Shown here one piece after another: positions 38,199 to 51,551 of a stretch of DNA of 64,000 nt. The notes under the pieces were generated by a model. The model was not told where the DNA came from. It saw only the letters and a list, made by a program, of their open reading frames with translations, and did not search any database. The DNA lies in assembly GCF_025526975.1 (NCBI RefSeq), contig NW_026515672.1, positions 558,001 to 622,000 of the forward strand. Direction: 5' to 3'. The translations under genes and the position numbers were made by a program. Each line of letters begins with the position of its first letter. The first letter of the stretch is position 1. The DNA is from Fimicolochytrium jonesii (Eukaryota).

Positions 38199-39374
38199 AT
38201 GGGTTGCTTCTTGTCTGCCGAGGAGAAGGAGAACAAGCGCAAGAATGACGAGATTGAGAATGCGCTCAAGCAGGAGAAGATTAAGCTGCGTAATGAGGTC
38301 AAGATGTTGTTGCTTGGTGAGTTTTTCATTCATTTTACCTATTCAAAATCCTTGCATGTGCATCACTATTGTTGAGACTACGGACAGCTTTCTAACTTTC
38401 CTTTTCGTACTCTTTCCACCAAATTTCTAGGCGCGGGAGAATCAGGCAAATCGACCATTCTGAAACAGATGAAGCTGATCCACGACAACGGATACAGCAA
38501 CGAAGAGCGTGAAACCTTCCGTGAGATCGTCTTCAGCAACACCATCCAATCCATGCGCGTCATCATCGAAGCCATGGCGATGATGGGCATCCAGCTCGCC
38601 AACCCGGCCAACGAAACCCACAAGGCCGTCATCCTCGAACTCCCCCACCAAATCGAAGCCGAGTCCCTTCCCCCGGAAGTCGCCGCGGCAGTCAAGACAC
38701 TCTGGACCGACGAAGGCGTGCTCGCATGTTTCGCACGCAGTCGCGAGTACCAGCTGAACGACTCTGCAAAGTACTACTTTGACTCGATCGACCGGATCGC
38801 CGTCGCCGATTACGTGCCCACTGACCAGGACGTGCTGCGTTCGCGTGTCAAGACGACGGGAATCACTGAAAACACCTTCCATATTGGGGACCTCACCTAC
38901 CGCATGTTCGATGTCGGTGGGCAGCGCTCCGAGCGTAAGAAGTGGATCCACTGCTTCGAGGAGGTCACCGCCATCGTGTTCCTTGTCGCCATCTCCGAGT
39001 ACGACCAGGTGCTTGTGGAGGACGAGACCGTGAACCGCATGCAGGAGGCCCTCACCCTCTTCGACTCCATCTGCAACTCGCGGTGGTTCGTGAAAACCTC
39101 CATCATCCTCTTCTTGAACAAAATCGATCTGTTCCGCGACAAGCTGCCCAAATCGCCTATGGGTAAATACTTCCCCGACTTCGAGGGCGAGGACGACTAC
39201 GACGCGGCTTGTGAATACATCATGAACCGGTTCGTGTCGTTGAACCAGAGCGACCAGAAACAGATTTACTGCCATTTCACCTGCGCTACCGACACGACGC
39301 AGATCAAGTTCGTTATGGCGGCCGTGAATGATATCATCATTCAGTCCAACTTGAGGGATGCGGGTCTCATGTAG
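38199..39374 (+). CDS. Heterotrimeric G-protein alpha subunit (fungal group I / Gi-like)
   Basis: MGC lipidation motif, LLLG|AGESGKST across one intron, RVKTTGI, DVGGQRSERKKW, NKID, TCATDT. Confidence 0.96.
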
Positions 39375-39911
39375 ATAAAACAGAAAATCTGAAGAAAATC
39401 GTTGGGGGAGGGAAGTGGAGACATGGTTGCGGGTTAACCTGTTTTTGTCGGCGGCGGTGCTGGGGGCCGGATATAATCCTTGTGTATCCTCTCATTTTCG
39501 TTGGGCGGCTTGGCCCTTTGTGATGGACTGTCTTTTTGTTGCTTGTTCTTTGCCTCTTGTTGAGATTAGAGTATTCTTGTGATTGTAAGGGATTGCAATA
39601 TACAAGGAAAGAATTTCAATGTACTCCTTGCGTCTCTGGTAATTTTCGATGAACAGTAACCAGTACCTCGACTCGCAGGTTTTGTAACATTATGGTCGAC
39701 GTGAACGTCTCAGTATCACACGAAGCTCGGTTCGAAAGTCGATGCAAATGTATTGAAGTTTCAAAAAAGAGAACGATGTGATGCGCCTTCAGGGTCATTC
39801 TCCGCTGTGCACTACAGCGAAAGCATTTAGCCTATCTACAATGTTGGGGTAGCGAGAGCGAACGGTAGGGAATATGGTATGTATACAGTGAAGGTGGGTG
39901 CGCAAATGACC

Positions 39912-42900
39912 TTAGAGCGCCTGCTCAGAGAAGGCCGGGTTGCTGGCCTGAACCTCCGCCCACGTAGTCTTCTCCTCGACGAGGTTCTTCACGATGTCGA
40001 CGATATCCGCGATCTGTGAAGGACAAAGTCAGACACCATGCCGAATCAATATAAAACGCAACACTCGCAAAATCGTACCTTGCCACGAATCTGCAACATA
40101 GAATCCCTCTCCCTTAACGTAACCGTCTGATCCTGCACCGTTTGGAAATCCACGGTGACGGCAAACGGCGTACCCAGCTCATCATTCCTCGAGTACCGTT
40201 TACCAATCGACGACGCCGAGTCATCCACCTTATTCGCGATATTGCAGCGCCTCAGGCTCGTCACGATCTCCTTGATGTACGGCGTGAACTCGTCGCTGTG
40301 GGAGATGGGGAGCACGAGGGCCTTGATGGGCGCGACGGCGGCCGGGAAACGGAGAACATGGCGGGCTTCGTCGTCGCTTTCGCGGCGGTAGTACGCGTGT
40401 TCGAGGAGTTGGTAGAGGATGCGGCCGATACCGAATGATGGCTCGATGACGCTGGGGATGTATTCGCGGACTAGATGAAGAGGGGGGCAACAAATATCCA
40501 ACCATCAGTTTCAAAGTTTTTCCACAGAACGTGAAAAGCGTAAAAAGGGAGCGATGGGGGAATATATGCTGCGATTGTCCCTCGAGCGCTACGGGGTCAG
40601 TAATCGAAACTCCACCGTCGCAAGAGGCTACGATGGAGTACACGTTCTCCCGGATTTTGAGCAGGCGGAAGGGGTGAGGGTACTTTTGCACACTAATGAC
40701 TCATGCCTAGTCAATGCACAACTGGAAGGTTGCGGGCGGAAACGCTAACTTCTCCCTGCAGAGCAGGTCGATGTCCAGTTTCCGCCATGAAAAGGGATCT
40801 AAGGAGTGTGCGTTGCCAGCGAAATCGCTGGCTAGGGTGGGGAGGAATAACAAGGGTGATAATGGAATTTAAAACTTACTGTGAGACTTGATTGTCTTCT
40901 TCTCGATGGTAACCAGGGAGCCGGTGAGCTCATATTGCTTGCCGTCGGTGCCAGTTACAGACACTTTGCTATAATGAAAGGTTGAATGAGACCAAAAATG
41001 CATCCAATCTAGGACTTATCATCCTGAATACCTACCCATTGGCGTCAATCTCGCTCTTCAGCTTCAGCAGTTCCGCCTCGTTCCAAGAATCACCAGTCTT
41101 TAGAGAGTCCAGGTAGCCCTGAACAGCCTTAGCATCCTTCTTGAAAGCCGGACCGAAGTTCTTCTTGTTCACTTCCAGAACCACCTTATCCTCAATGATA
41201 GGCTCGGGCAGCGTTTCCCTAACAACGAGCTTTTCACCCGTCTTGTTGGTGTGGGCTGTCAAGTCGTACGCAGACCGGTCAGCGCAACCGACACATTCTA
41301 TCCAGCCGTAACTGCTCTTGATCTCCGCGTCCCAGCAATCGCAGGCGTAGTGGGCCATCTCGTTCGACATATGTTGACGCATGCGAAGGCGTTCGGGGTC
41401 GATACCTATCCGGGTAAGGAAGAGGTAGATACGGGCAACAAAGTAGCCGAGTGTCTGGTTGTTGATCACGCCGGACTCGACGGCCTCGCCAATGGTCATC
41501 TTTGTGGGGCCGGCCGCGGCTTCTTGCGCCGTAGCCGAGTACAGAGGGACCACGAGATCTTTGACCTCGCCAAAGCGGGCGTGCTTCTTGTTTGTTGGGT
41601 CGACGTAGTGCTCGATTTCAGCCATTGTGAATTCTCGGACACGCAAAAGACCTTGTCTTGGTGAGATCTCATTACGGAAGGACTTTCCGACGGATGCGGA
41701 GGCGAAGGGTACTTGGCCAGTGTTGAACTCGTAAAGACGCTTAAAGTTGAGGAAGTGACCTTGGGCGGTCTCGGGACGCAGGTAACCCTTGAACTGCCCG
41801 GTGGGGCCGATTTGGGTCTCGAACATGAGGTTGAACATGACGGGGTCGGTAACCTCGTTGCCAGTGGTGGGAGCGCGGATGTCCAATCTCCGAATGAGTT
41901 TGGTCAGCTCATCACCAACGTAGTTGTCCAGTGTCTCAAGCACCATTTCGTAGTCTTTCCGCACGTCGGCGCTCAGTGGCTCAACCTTGGCTTGACCCTT
42001 TGCCAGCTTCGGTGCTGTGCCGGCTGCCAGCTTCGTGTCATACTCCAGACGGGAGGAAAGCACCTGTTTGACGAGATGGTCGGCGCGGAAGATGTCACCA
42101 CTCTTCACGTCCTTGACCATGTAGTCTGCGAACCGTTCGACGTGGCCCGAGGTCTTCAGAACCGCCTCCGGTGTTAGGTTCGTGCACTCAACCTCCAGCA
42201 TGTCTTCTTCCAGGACAAAGTGTTGACGCCATAGCGTCAGGATGTTGTTTTGCAGAGCGCAACCTGGCGGGCCGTAGTCGTACAAACCGGCAATACCTAG
42301 ATGTGGCGGAAAGTGAGATATGTTGTCCGAGATGTCGAAATGGAAGCACTTCTATTCGATACATACCACCGTAGATCTCAAACGACGGCGCATAGAAGAA
42401 CCGCTTAAGCAAAACCGACTCCAGTGTCGCACGGTCAAACTTGTCAGCACCGTCCTCTTTCAGCGACAGCTGCTTCAGCTGTTCCTTCAGAGCCACAAGC
42501 TTGTCGACCTCAGGTTGTATTTGTTCCTTTGATGCCTTCTCAAGCTTCAGCTTTTTGACCACCTCGCCTTGCTTGGTGACGGCGTCTTTTGTCGCATCCA
42601 GTTGCGATTTGCTGTCAGTTTGTGTCATGTCTGCGGTTGGAAAACAGCGGTTAGACTACTGGGGCTGAACAGAGATCGACAACGGTTTCGAAGCGGTAAG
42701 GTCCCGCCCAGATACTCCGGTGCTTACCTATTGGATTCGTGGCGGAATATGCCGGGTAAAAGCGTTGCAGAGAGTGATCTGGGGCCTGACCTTGAAGTGG
42801 TCTATACGACGCGGCTTGCCTCTGGAATGTGGACAGGCAGCGTTTTTTTCTGTATGAAGCAGCACCAAAGTGGTGGGAAGGGGTATAAGATGGCAGCGAA

Positions 42901-42956
42901 CGCAGTAGGGCTGATGTTGTTGAGGCTCTGGATATGGATGCCAGACCAGCACGCAT
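39912..42956 (-). CDS. GRS1: Glycyl-tRNA synthetase (eukaryotic alpha2 type) with WHEP domain and an upstream mitochondrial-targeting exon
   Basis: [65 protein letters not shown] and anticodon-binding domain. Second in-frame ATG at 42628. Confidence 0.96.
40573..40813 (-). ncRNA. Intronic box H/ACA snoRNA, SNORA53/snR84-like, predicted guide for LSU rRNA helix-69 pseudouridine
   Basis: Lies in the 409-nt GlyRS intron (40471-40879). 5' stem GCACACT/AGTGTGC is followed by H box AAAGTA (40681-40686); 3' stem CCCTC/GAGGG is followed by ACA (40576-40578). Pocket strands CCTTAG and GAGTCAT are complementary to rRNA AUGACUC-UC-UUAAGG. Confidence 0.85.
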
Positions 42957-43388
42957 AAGGAGGAACGATGGGGTTTTATCGCACTTCGAAGGTGGACTGC
43001 TAGAGGGTTTTTCTGTTGGAGAACGCCGATTCCTGAATTGTATGACTCACGTTCGGTGGCGCAGCAGACTGGCGTGATTTCATTTGGACCTCTTGCCGTC
43101 GAGCAGCAAGTAGAACATATAAAAACTTTCTCTTTTGGAAGCGTCATGGCAAAGTTACTGTTGTGATGCGAATACGCCAAAATGTTACAATGTAATGTGC
43201 GAGTAATCAGTCCTGTTATGCGTCAGTGGTGTCTAAGGTATCTAACGCCGGCTGGCTTCGGGTCACTCTACTGATTTGCCTGTGGCCCCTTCCACATGAA
43301 CAGTCCTGGCTGAGGCAGAGATATATCCTGGATGTCGCGAGGCGCATAGTTGGTGCGCTGCGCCTCCGACATCGTTGCATCCTTTGTC

Positions 43389-44432
43389 CTAAGCAGCATG
43401 CCGTCTACCATCGGTCCTAATCTCCGACAAAGCATGCATCGATCCTCTGCTCTCCGTCTCCGCGGCCCTGTTCTCTCCCCTGATCCAGCGGTTGCTTGGT
43501 CTCGCATCCAGCTCGAAATCGCTGACATGAAAATCAATCATTCGCAAGACCGGCAGCAGTAGCGCGGATGCGATGCCTAGGGCGAGCGGACCCCAGAACC
43601 AGGCGACGATGGGGAACAGGTAGTAATAGCATCGCATCCCGGCCGTGTAGAAGAAGCATCCGCGGTTAAGGATCGCTGCCACTCGGATGGGGTTGTTGTG
43701 TAGATATTTGAAGGACGTGGCGGTCGCTGTGGCTGCGGCGGCGTGTGGAGGATGCGGCTTCTGCGTGCGGGACGGCGTTGGGGAGCGGCGATGTGTCGTC
43801 GCGCTGGTTAGCCGCTCGGTTGACGTTCCTGTCGATTCGGCGGATGAGTCCACCGTATATGAAGGTAGGGGCGTTCCAGCCGATGGGATGCTGTGTGCAT
43901 CTGCCTCCACGACTTCTTCCCGAGGTGGCAAATGAGGCTTCAACATGGCCTCAATCTCCTCGACTGATACATTGACGTTGCATACCAGAGCAGCATGGTT
44001 GAAGAACCTCACGCTCTGCGAGAAGCAGAAGAAGGCTCCGGCGCACACTACGCATAGCGCCGCCAGCCGAAACGAGAACCAGTCGTTCGTGACAAACTGA
44101 ATCATGGGAAACATGGGTCCTTTCGTCATCTCCTCATTCCATCTCGCCACAATCTGCGCGACGACCGTCAGCGCCGCCGTGATGACAAGTACGGCAGTGG
44201 TCGCTAGGAAAGATGAAGCCATGACCCAGTTACGGAGGGTCTGCACAGCGAGAATTTCGTTTTTGCGAAACATGATGGCGGCGACCCAGACCCGGCGCGC
44301 CGCACGGGTGAGGCCGTACACTGTCCGAGTTGGCGCATGGCGTACTGTGTGGAAGAGGAAAGCGTGGTAGGCGGCGTGGCATAGCACCGAGAGGATGAGG
44401 GCGAGTAGGTTGGTCAGAGTCGAGGAGGCCAT
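43389..44432 (-). CDS. DUF599 family membrane protein
   Basis: WVAAIM...ILAVQTLRNWVMASSFLATTA, FFCFSQSVRFFNH and FYTAGMRCYYYLFPIVAWFWGP. Confidence 0.85.
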   Translation of the reverse strand: MASSTLTNLLALILSVLCHAAYHAFLFHTVRHAPTRTVYGLTRAARRVWVAAIMFRKNEILAVQTLRNWVMASSFLATTAVLVITAALTVVAQIVARWNEEMTKGPMFPMIQFVTNDWFSFRLAALCVVCAGAFFCFSQSVRFFNHAALVCNVNVSVEEIEAMLKPHLPPREEVVEADAHSIPSAGTPLPSYTVDSSAESTGTSTERLTSATTHRRSPTPSRTQKPHPPHAAAATATATSFKYLHNNPIRVAAILNRGCFFYTAGMRCYYYLFPIVAWFWGPLALGIASALLLPVLRMIDFHVSDFELDARPSNRWIRGENRAAETESRGSMHALSEIRTDGRRHAA

Positions 44433-44974
44433 TTTCACGGGGTGTGACAGTTCTGCGCTATGAGAAGTCGTTGCAAGAGACGATGCTTGCAGCGGGTCGG
44501 TCGTTACATATACCGGTGACTGACGGCAAAGTCAAGTTGTTGGAAGGGCGATGATGCTGGTTGGCGAAGGAAAAGGAAAAGGAGAACCCGAGCGAGAAGG
44601 CAACGTGACAAAACAGTCCACACAGGCGTGAGGCCGTGCGTGCAACTTCCCTCTGACTTCCCTGGGAATCTGGGAATCAATCTGGGAATACGTCAAACAG
44701 AACGTGGACGAGGGAACATTGCAACCCATAACCTTCAAGCGAGGTCACTCGCCGTAGACGGAAGGAACACTACCCCGCATAGACTAGTCTCACCAAAACG
44801 ACCAAGAGGAGCGACGTAGAGGTGGTCTGCCGGCCGTCTGCCTCGAGCGACTCCCACCCACACCTTGAAGGCTTAAACTTGCACAGTCCAAACACTATTG
44901 TACTCACGAACTCCTGGACCTGACTCGACTCATCCCTTTTTGCTGACAAGGGAGATAGGCGCGGCAATGCGCGC

Positions 44975-47617
44975 ATGATGAACCGGCCATTACCACCACC
45001 ACCAGCCTTCCCAGACTCTGTCGTGGCGCGTAGCGAAGCCTTGGCGGGTGCGGCTGCCCTGCCGGATCACCTTGGAGCCAGTCTCTTTGTTAAGCACGAG
45101 CGCATTGGCAAGGGCTCGTTTGGGGAAGTTTATAGGGGAATAAATCGCCTGACCAATGAAGTCGTTGCCATAAAGATTCTCAATCTAGACACCGACGATG
45201 ATGAGATCAACGATGTGCGGAAAGAGATCACGATGCTGTCGCACTGCGACTCGGAGCATATCACACGGTACCACGGTGCGTACCTCAACGAGACCAAGCT
45301 ATGGGTCGTCATGGACTATGCAGCCGGCGGGTCGATGAGAGCCATCTTGAAATCCGGCCCCATCGACGAAAGGTTCATCGCCATCATAGCAAGAGAGGTG
45401 CTCCACGCGTTAGTGTATCTGCACAAGTACGCAGCCATCATCCATCGCGACATCAAAGCCGCCAACATCCTACTCACGGACGACGGAAAGGTCAAGCTCT
45501 GCGATTTTGGCGTGGCAGGGCAGATCACCATGTCGTCTTTGCGACGCAACTCGTTCGTTGGCACGCCGTACTGGATGGCGCCCGAAATCATCAGGCGCGC
45601 GCAATATGACTATAAGGCGGATATATGGTCGCTGGGCATCACTATAATAGAGCTGGCGACAGGAAATCCGCCTTTTGCGGATCAGGACCCACGAAAGGCC
45701 ATCTTTCTCATTCCGCGCACCCGGCCAGCGCGTTTAGAAGGGAAGTTCTCAAGCGCGCTGCGAGAATTCCTAGCACTGTGTCTGAAGGAAGAGCCAGAAG
45801 AGCGCCCCACTGCTGAGGAGCTCCTCAAAACAAAGTTCGTGCGGAGCTCACCGCGCGGCACAGCGCCCCTGCTAGAATTGCTTGACAGACATAACTCGTG
45901 GAAAGAGCAAAACGCAGAAGGCGGGGAAGACGACCTCCTCCCGCAGGATGACGACAACGAGCCAGATTTCGGCGACCAGGATGATGAATGGATCTTTGAG
46001 ACCTACAAATCAAGCCATCACAACAATCTCCGGCGGAGCATGATGCCCGGAGCTAGCAGTCCTTTGCCTATCCCTGAAGAGTCGCGTGGGGAACCCGGCA
46101 CTCTGTCGAGCTCATTACATACCGAGTCGGGTCCCGATGCCTCATCATTGGAGAGCAATGCGTTGGATGATAACACGCCTAGGGCGTCAACGGCCAACGC
46201 TGTACAGGAACGAAGTCGACTAGGCAATCTCAAGCTTAGCATCCCCACATTATCCATATCAACCGGGATGTTGAAGGCGTCGGTTGACGGAAGTATGTTT
46301 TCGCCAACCTTCAACATTTCACCGACGTCGGAACCGCATTCATTTCCTGGCTTCGGGCTTCAGGCAGTCCCGAAGGACAGTCAGGAATTTGTAGAATCCA
46401 ACGATATAGCTTCCAGACGAGGGCATTCACCTGAGAGGACTAACGATTTGGTCCCGTCGAGTGATCCTTCCATCGCAAAGACAAATACAGCACGTCCTGC
46501 CCCGGTGTCAACGCCGCTATCCGTGACGCATCCGATGGACCGGCTCAATGTCAGTGGGTCCACAGATATCCACGGGAGCATCGTACCCCCAGCGCGAGTG
46601 GACTCGGTCTGGCGAAGCAAAGCTCTGGCGAGATCACGTCCGACCTCGCCAGGCGGCACGGTCAAACGGCATACACCGTCGCCTTCTGTTGATGATCGGT
46701 TACTACACGGCGCTTTAACAGCGACGTCAACACCTCCAATCCCAACAGGTGCATCAGAACCCGAGCGATCCCGCGACTCACCCCTCCCCGCACCCTGCTC
46801 AACAAACCCCATCAACCCCCAACCCACCCGCCGCCACGAACGCTCCCAGTCCGCCGGCGCCGGCCCCTCCCGCCACCGCCGCGCCATCTCCTCAGCAGCA
46901 TCAACATCAGCCGCAGGCGTCCAGATCCGCGTCCGCAGACCCTCAGCACCCGGCGACGAAAACACATCTATCATACCCCCACCACCATCAACACCCATCG
47001 TTCCTGATGACCCCCCACCCTCCAAATCCCGCGAACAGCTTAAGCTTTCCACATCGTCTATCTCAACAGCCGCGTCTACATCCAACTCCTCGCTTGCACC
47101 CAGCAGCGCGGCACCATCACCCGCGCTTCAGAAACGCAACATGCTCAATATAGCACTCGCGAGCCCTGGTGGCCCGAATCGGAATAGAGCAGCAGCAGCA
47201 GGAAGTATGAACCCAAACCTGAACCCGGCAGCAGCAAACGCCTGGTTCGTCCGCCAACGCAGCGCGAGCGCAAGCTCGATGTATCGCGACCCGTACGCGT
47301 ATATGAGTTCCCGCCGACCGGCGTATTGCAACCCTGCGCATGCGCCGACGTCGCCGTATGCTAATCAATCTATGCCTAGTCTCTTCAATGCGGCTCGGGG
47401 ACAGATTGCGTCGGAAAGACAGCAGATTGCGGCCACCTCACGACAACATGGGTTGGCGGCGGCGGTGGGGACGAAACAGGCAGGACCCGTGAAACCGCTG
47501 GATTTGAGTGTTGTGAGGGATGTGGACTCGGCATGTCGGGAGTTTGCGAGCCGGTTGGCGGAGACGGGGAGGTTGATGAAGGAGTTGGAGAGGAATGTTG
47601 AGATGTGGCCGATTTGA
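44975..47617 (+). CDS. STE20/GCK-III family Ser/Thr kinase, Kic1/Nak1-like, single exon
   Basis: IGKGSFGEV, VAIKILNLDT, HRDIKAANILL, LCDFGVA, FVGTPYWMAPE; long disordered tail and terminal coiled-coil. Confidence 0.9.
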   Translation: MMNRPLPPPPAFPDSVVARSEALAGAAALPDHLGASLFVKHERIGKGSFGEVYRGINRLTNEVVAIKILNLDTDDDEINDVRKEITMLSHCDSEHITRYHGAYLNETKLWVVMDYAAGGSMRAILKSGPIDERFIAIIAREVLHALVYLHKYAAIIHRDIKAANILLTDDGKVKLCDFGVAGQITMSSLRRNSFVGTPYWMAPEIIRRAQYDYKADIWSLGITIIELATGNPPFADQDPRKAIFLIPRTRPARLEGKFSSALREFLALCLKEEPEERPTAEELLKTKFVRSSPRGTAPLLELLDRHNSWKEQNAEGGEDDLLPQDDDNEPDFGDQDDEWIFETYKSSHHNNLRRSMMPGASSPLPIPEESRGEPGTLSSSLHTESGPDASSLESNALDDNTPRASTANAVQERSRLGNLKLSIPTLSISTGMLKASVDGSMFSPTFNISPTSEPHSFPGFGLQAVPKDSQEFVESNDIASRRGHSPERTNDLVPSSDPSIAKTNTARPAPVSTPLSVTHPMDRLNVSGSTDIHGSIVPPARVDSVWRSKALARSRPTSPGGTVKRHTPSPSVDDRLLHGALTATSTPPIPTGASEPERSRDSPLPAPCSTNPINPQPTRRHERSQSAGAGPSRHRRAISSAASTSAAGVQIRVRRPSAPGDENTSIIPPPPSTPIVPDDPPPSKSREQLKLSTSSISTAASTSNSSLAPSSAAPSPALQKRNMLNIALASPGGPNRNRAAAAGSMNPNLNPAAANAWFVRQRSASASSMYRDPYAYMSSRRPAYCNPAHAPTSPYANQSMPSLFNAARGQIASERQQIAATSRQHGLAAAVGTKQAGPVKPLDLSVVRDVDSACREFASRLAETGRLMKELERNVEMWPI

Positions 47618-48356
47618 CCGGGCCGGCGCCTGGTGATCATGGACCCTGCGTGGCGTCTGCATAGGCCCTGCGATTCGCATGAGAGGCACGCAACAGCTGC
47701 TGGCAGCGTACTGTAACAGCGCCCATGTCTTAATAGCCGAAGGGCGCCGTGGACGCCCATCGCTACCAAAACCGTGTGATGGCGTATGAACGTGGATACA
47801 GACCGTTGAAGGCGACATTCTCGGTGCGGGAAGCATTCGCGCTGAGACCGGAAGCCCACCGCAAACGATAGTTTCGGCAATCCGCTTGTCAACCATTCGG
47901 GAGCGCTGGCACGCATGCACAGCATTCATGCCGTCTCCTCGTCGGCGGGTTTGAACGGGAGTACAAGCGCGGTACAAGCGCGACACCGCATTTCCTTCTA
48001 TACCGCACATGTACATGCTATCTGCATCCACGCTCGTCGCTCCCGAAGCCGCCGCTTATTCTGACTACTGTGCATCCCTTCGGAAAGCGGCGCACTGCCA
48101 CTCATCTGGCGCAAAACCTGCTCACTGTCATTAACATCGAGGACGAAGGCGACAGACAAATGCATATAAAGAGATTATTAGAGGCGCCTATCGGCAATGT
48201 CATGACTACGTCGTATCGGCTGCCTTGCCCGTCTTCAGTTGCAGCGCCCCTTCTAAATACATATGGCGGACTCATGTCGTCTTTCTGCGGTCCCGACCTG
48301 CCTCGTACTTCCAATCCTGACCCAGTATCATGCCGGTACTCTATGTGGTCGTGAAT

Positions 48357-49966
<1,610 letters not shown>

Positions 49967-50575
49967 GGTGTGCTGTGTGTATTTAATTGACTCAAATGGG
50001 TTCAACTGCTGTACACCCGAGTCGGTGAGAAAACCGTTGCGGCAAGAATCGTCGGCCCCAAACGTTGCCGCCGTCACAACCCGGCCGCCCTGCACTTTCG
50101 GCAGGCGCGTCCGCGTCAGCGTCGTCACCGTACTGAAAGACGTTACCCGGACGTTACCCATCAGGTTACCCATGTGCAAGACATCTCTATACCTACGATG
50201 CTAAGGCTCTTTCAAGACCGTCCACCTATTGCGGGAACATCAGAGCCTTTCTGTGATCTCTATACATAAGCTTGGAATACCCTAGCCGCGACCGCCATCC
50301 TCAACTTTCAATTTCAACGACCATGAATTGGTGAATATCGATGAGTTGAGATGTGCAAGCATGATCACACCTAGGTAGGCTCGGAGCTTTCTCAACACTG
50401 CGCCCCGGACATCAGATCCGCGTGTTGACGTTACATCGTTGACCACCAGAGACATCCGAAATGATGCAGAGCGTGTGCTATTCGTTGTTTGATTGCCGAA
50501 TTAGAATGTAGGAGACTAATGTAGATGTTTCCACTAAACGTCTGGTTACATAGGACATGCAGATTGCTCATGTTC

Positions 50576-51291
50576 CTACAGTGTCAGTTCCTGGATAATA
50601 TGGCAAAGCATTAGCGAATGGGCGTCGGAAAATGAAGTTGCACTGAGCTTGATGCATGCATCGATAAAAAAACCTTACCATGATAGCATTCACGATGTCG
50701 TTGTTATGCGTCTTGAGAGCCTTGACAGCCTTGCCTCTGGACACACCGGCTTGTTGCATGACAAGCTCAACGTCCTTGGCCTCTACGCCGGTCTCGTCAA
50801 CCTCCTCCTCCTCCTCGGCCAACTCTGGGACAGCCTCCTCCTTCTTGGTATGTGCGTGCTCGGTTGCTTTGAAGGCTTCAGCAGCTGCAGCCTGCGCTGC
50901 AGAGTTCTGATCCTCGATCTTTGCTTCCCCAAACACAACGTACGTGTCGTTCGACCCACTTTTGTAAACATCAGGCTGAGCGACAACGAACAACATCTGG
51001 AAAGAACCTGGCTCTGAGTGACTCCGTGCCCAAAATGATATGACCCTCAGTGTGCCAACTCACGTTCTTTGGGCGACGGATAGTAACTCGGGTGATACCA
51101 TCCACATGCTTCAGACCAAGCTTGGAAAGAGCCTTTCGGGCCTTCTTCTCGCCACGGCTTTGCACCTTGCCTCCGGACAGGATGCCCTCGGCATCCTCTA
51201 CTGCAACCTCATCGTCCGAGTCCGACTCATCGACCAGTTCGGGAAATTTCTCCTCTTCGGCGGGCTTTTCAATGAGATCGGTGGCGGCCAT
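50576..51291 (-). CDS. EGD2: Nascent polypeptide-associated complex alpha subunit
   Basis: [39 protein letters not shown] and C-terminal [16 protein letters not shown]...DIVNAIMELTL. Confidence 0.95.
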
Positions 51292-51551
51292 TTCTGCGTA
51301 GCTTATTGGGCGGGTCGTAATGAATCGTTCCTCGTCGTTCCTAAATCGGCAATAGATCAAAAAAAGCTATAGATCTTGACGACTGACAGTTTTACGTGAC
51401 TGCACGTGGGAAGCCCAATAAAGTGATAGTTGCTTGCAATAATCCCCATTAAACTTCCCTCCTATGCCGCGAGCTATCGCTCTCGACGCAAACGACGCCA
51501 GAACAGAACCGAAACCTCATCATTTGCTCAACTTCATCACTACAAGTCACG

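Noticed and set aside
38442..39275. 277-aa antisense ORF over G-alpha (and similar antisense ORFs over GlyRS, CCT4 and GH16)
   Set aside because: Expected shadow of strong codon bias on the opposite strand; no independent motifs.
40471..40879. GlyRS intronic RNA as telomerase RNA or U17/snR30
   Set aside because: No CTAACCCT-type template, and no AUAUUCCUA/AAACCAU pair inside the H/ACA body. The helix-69 guide explains the structure better.
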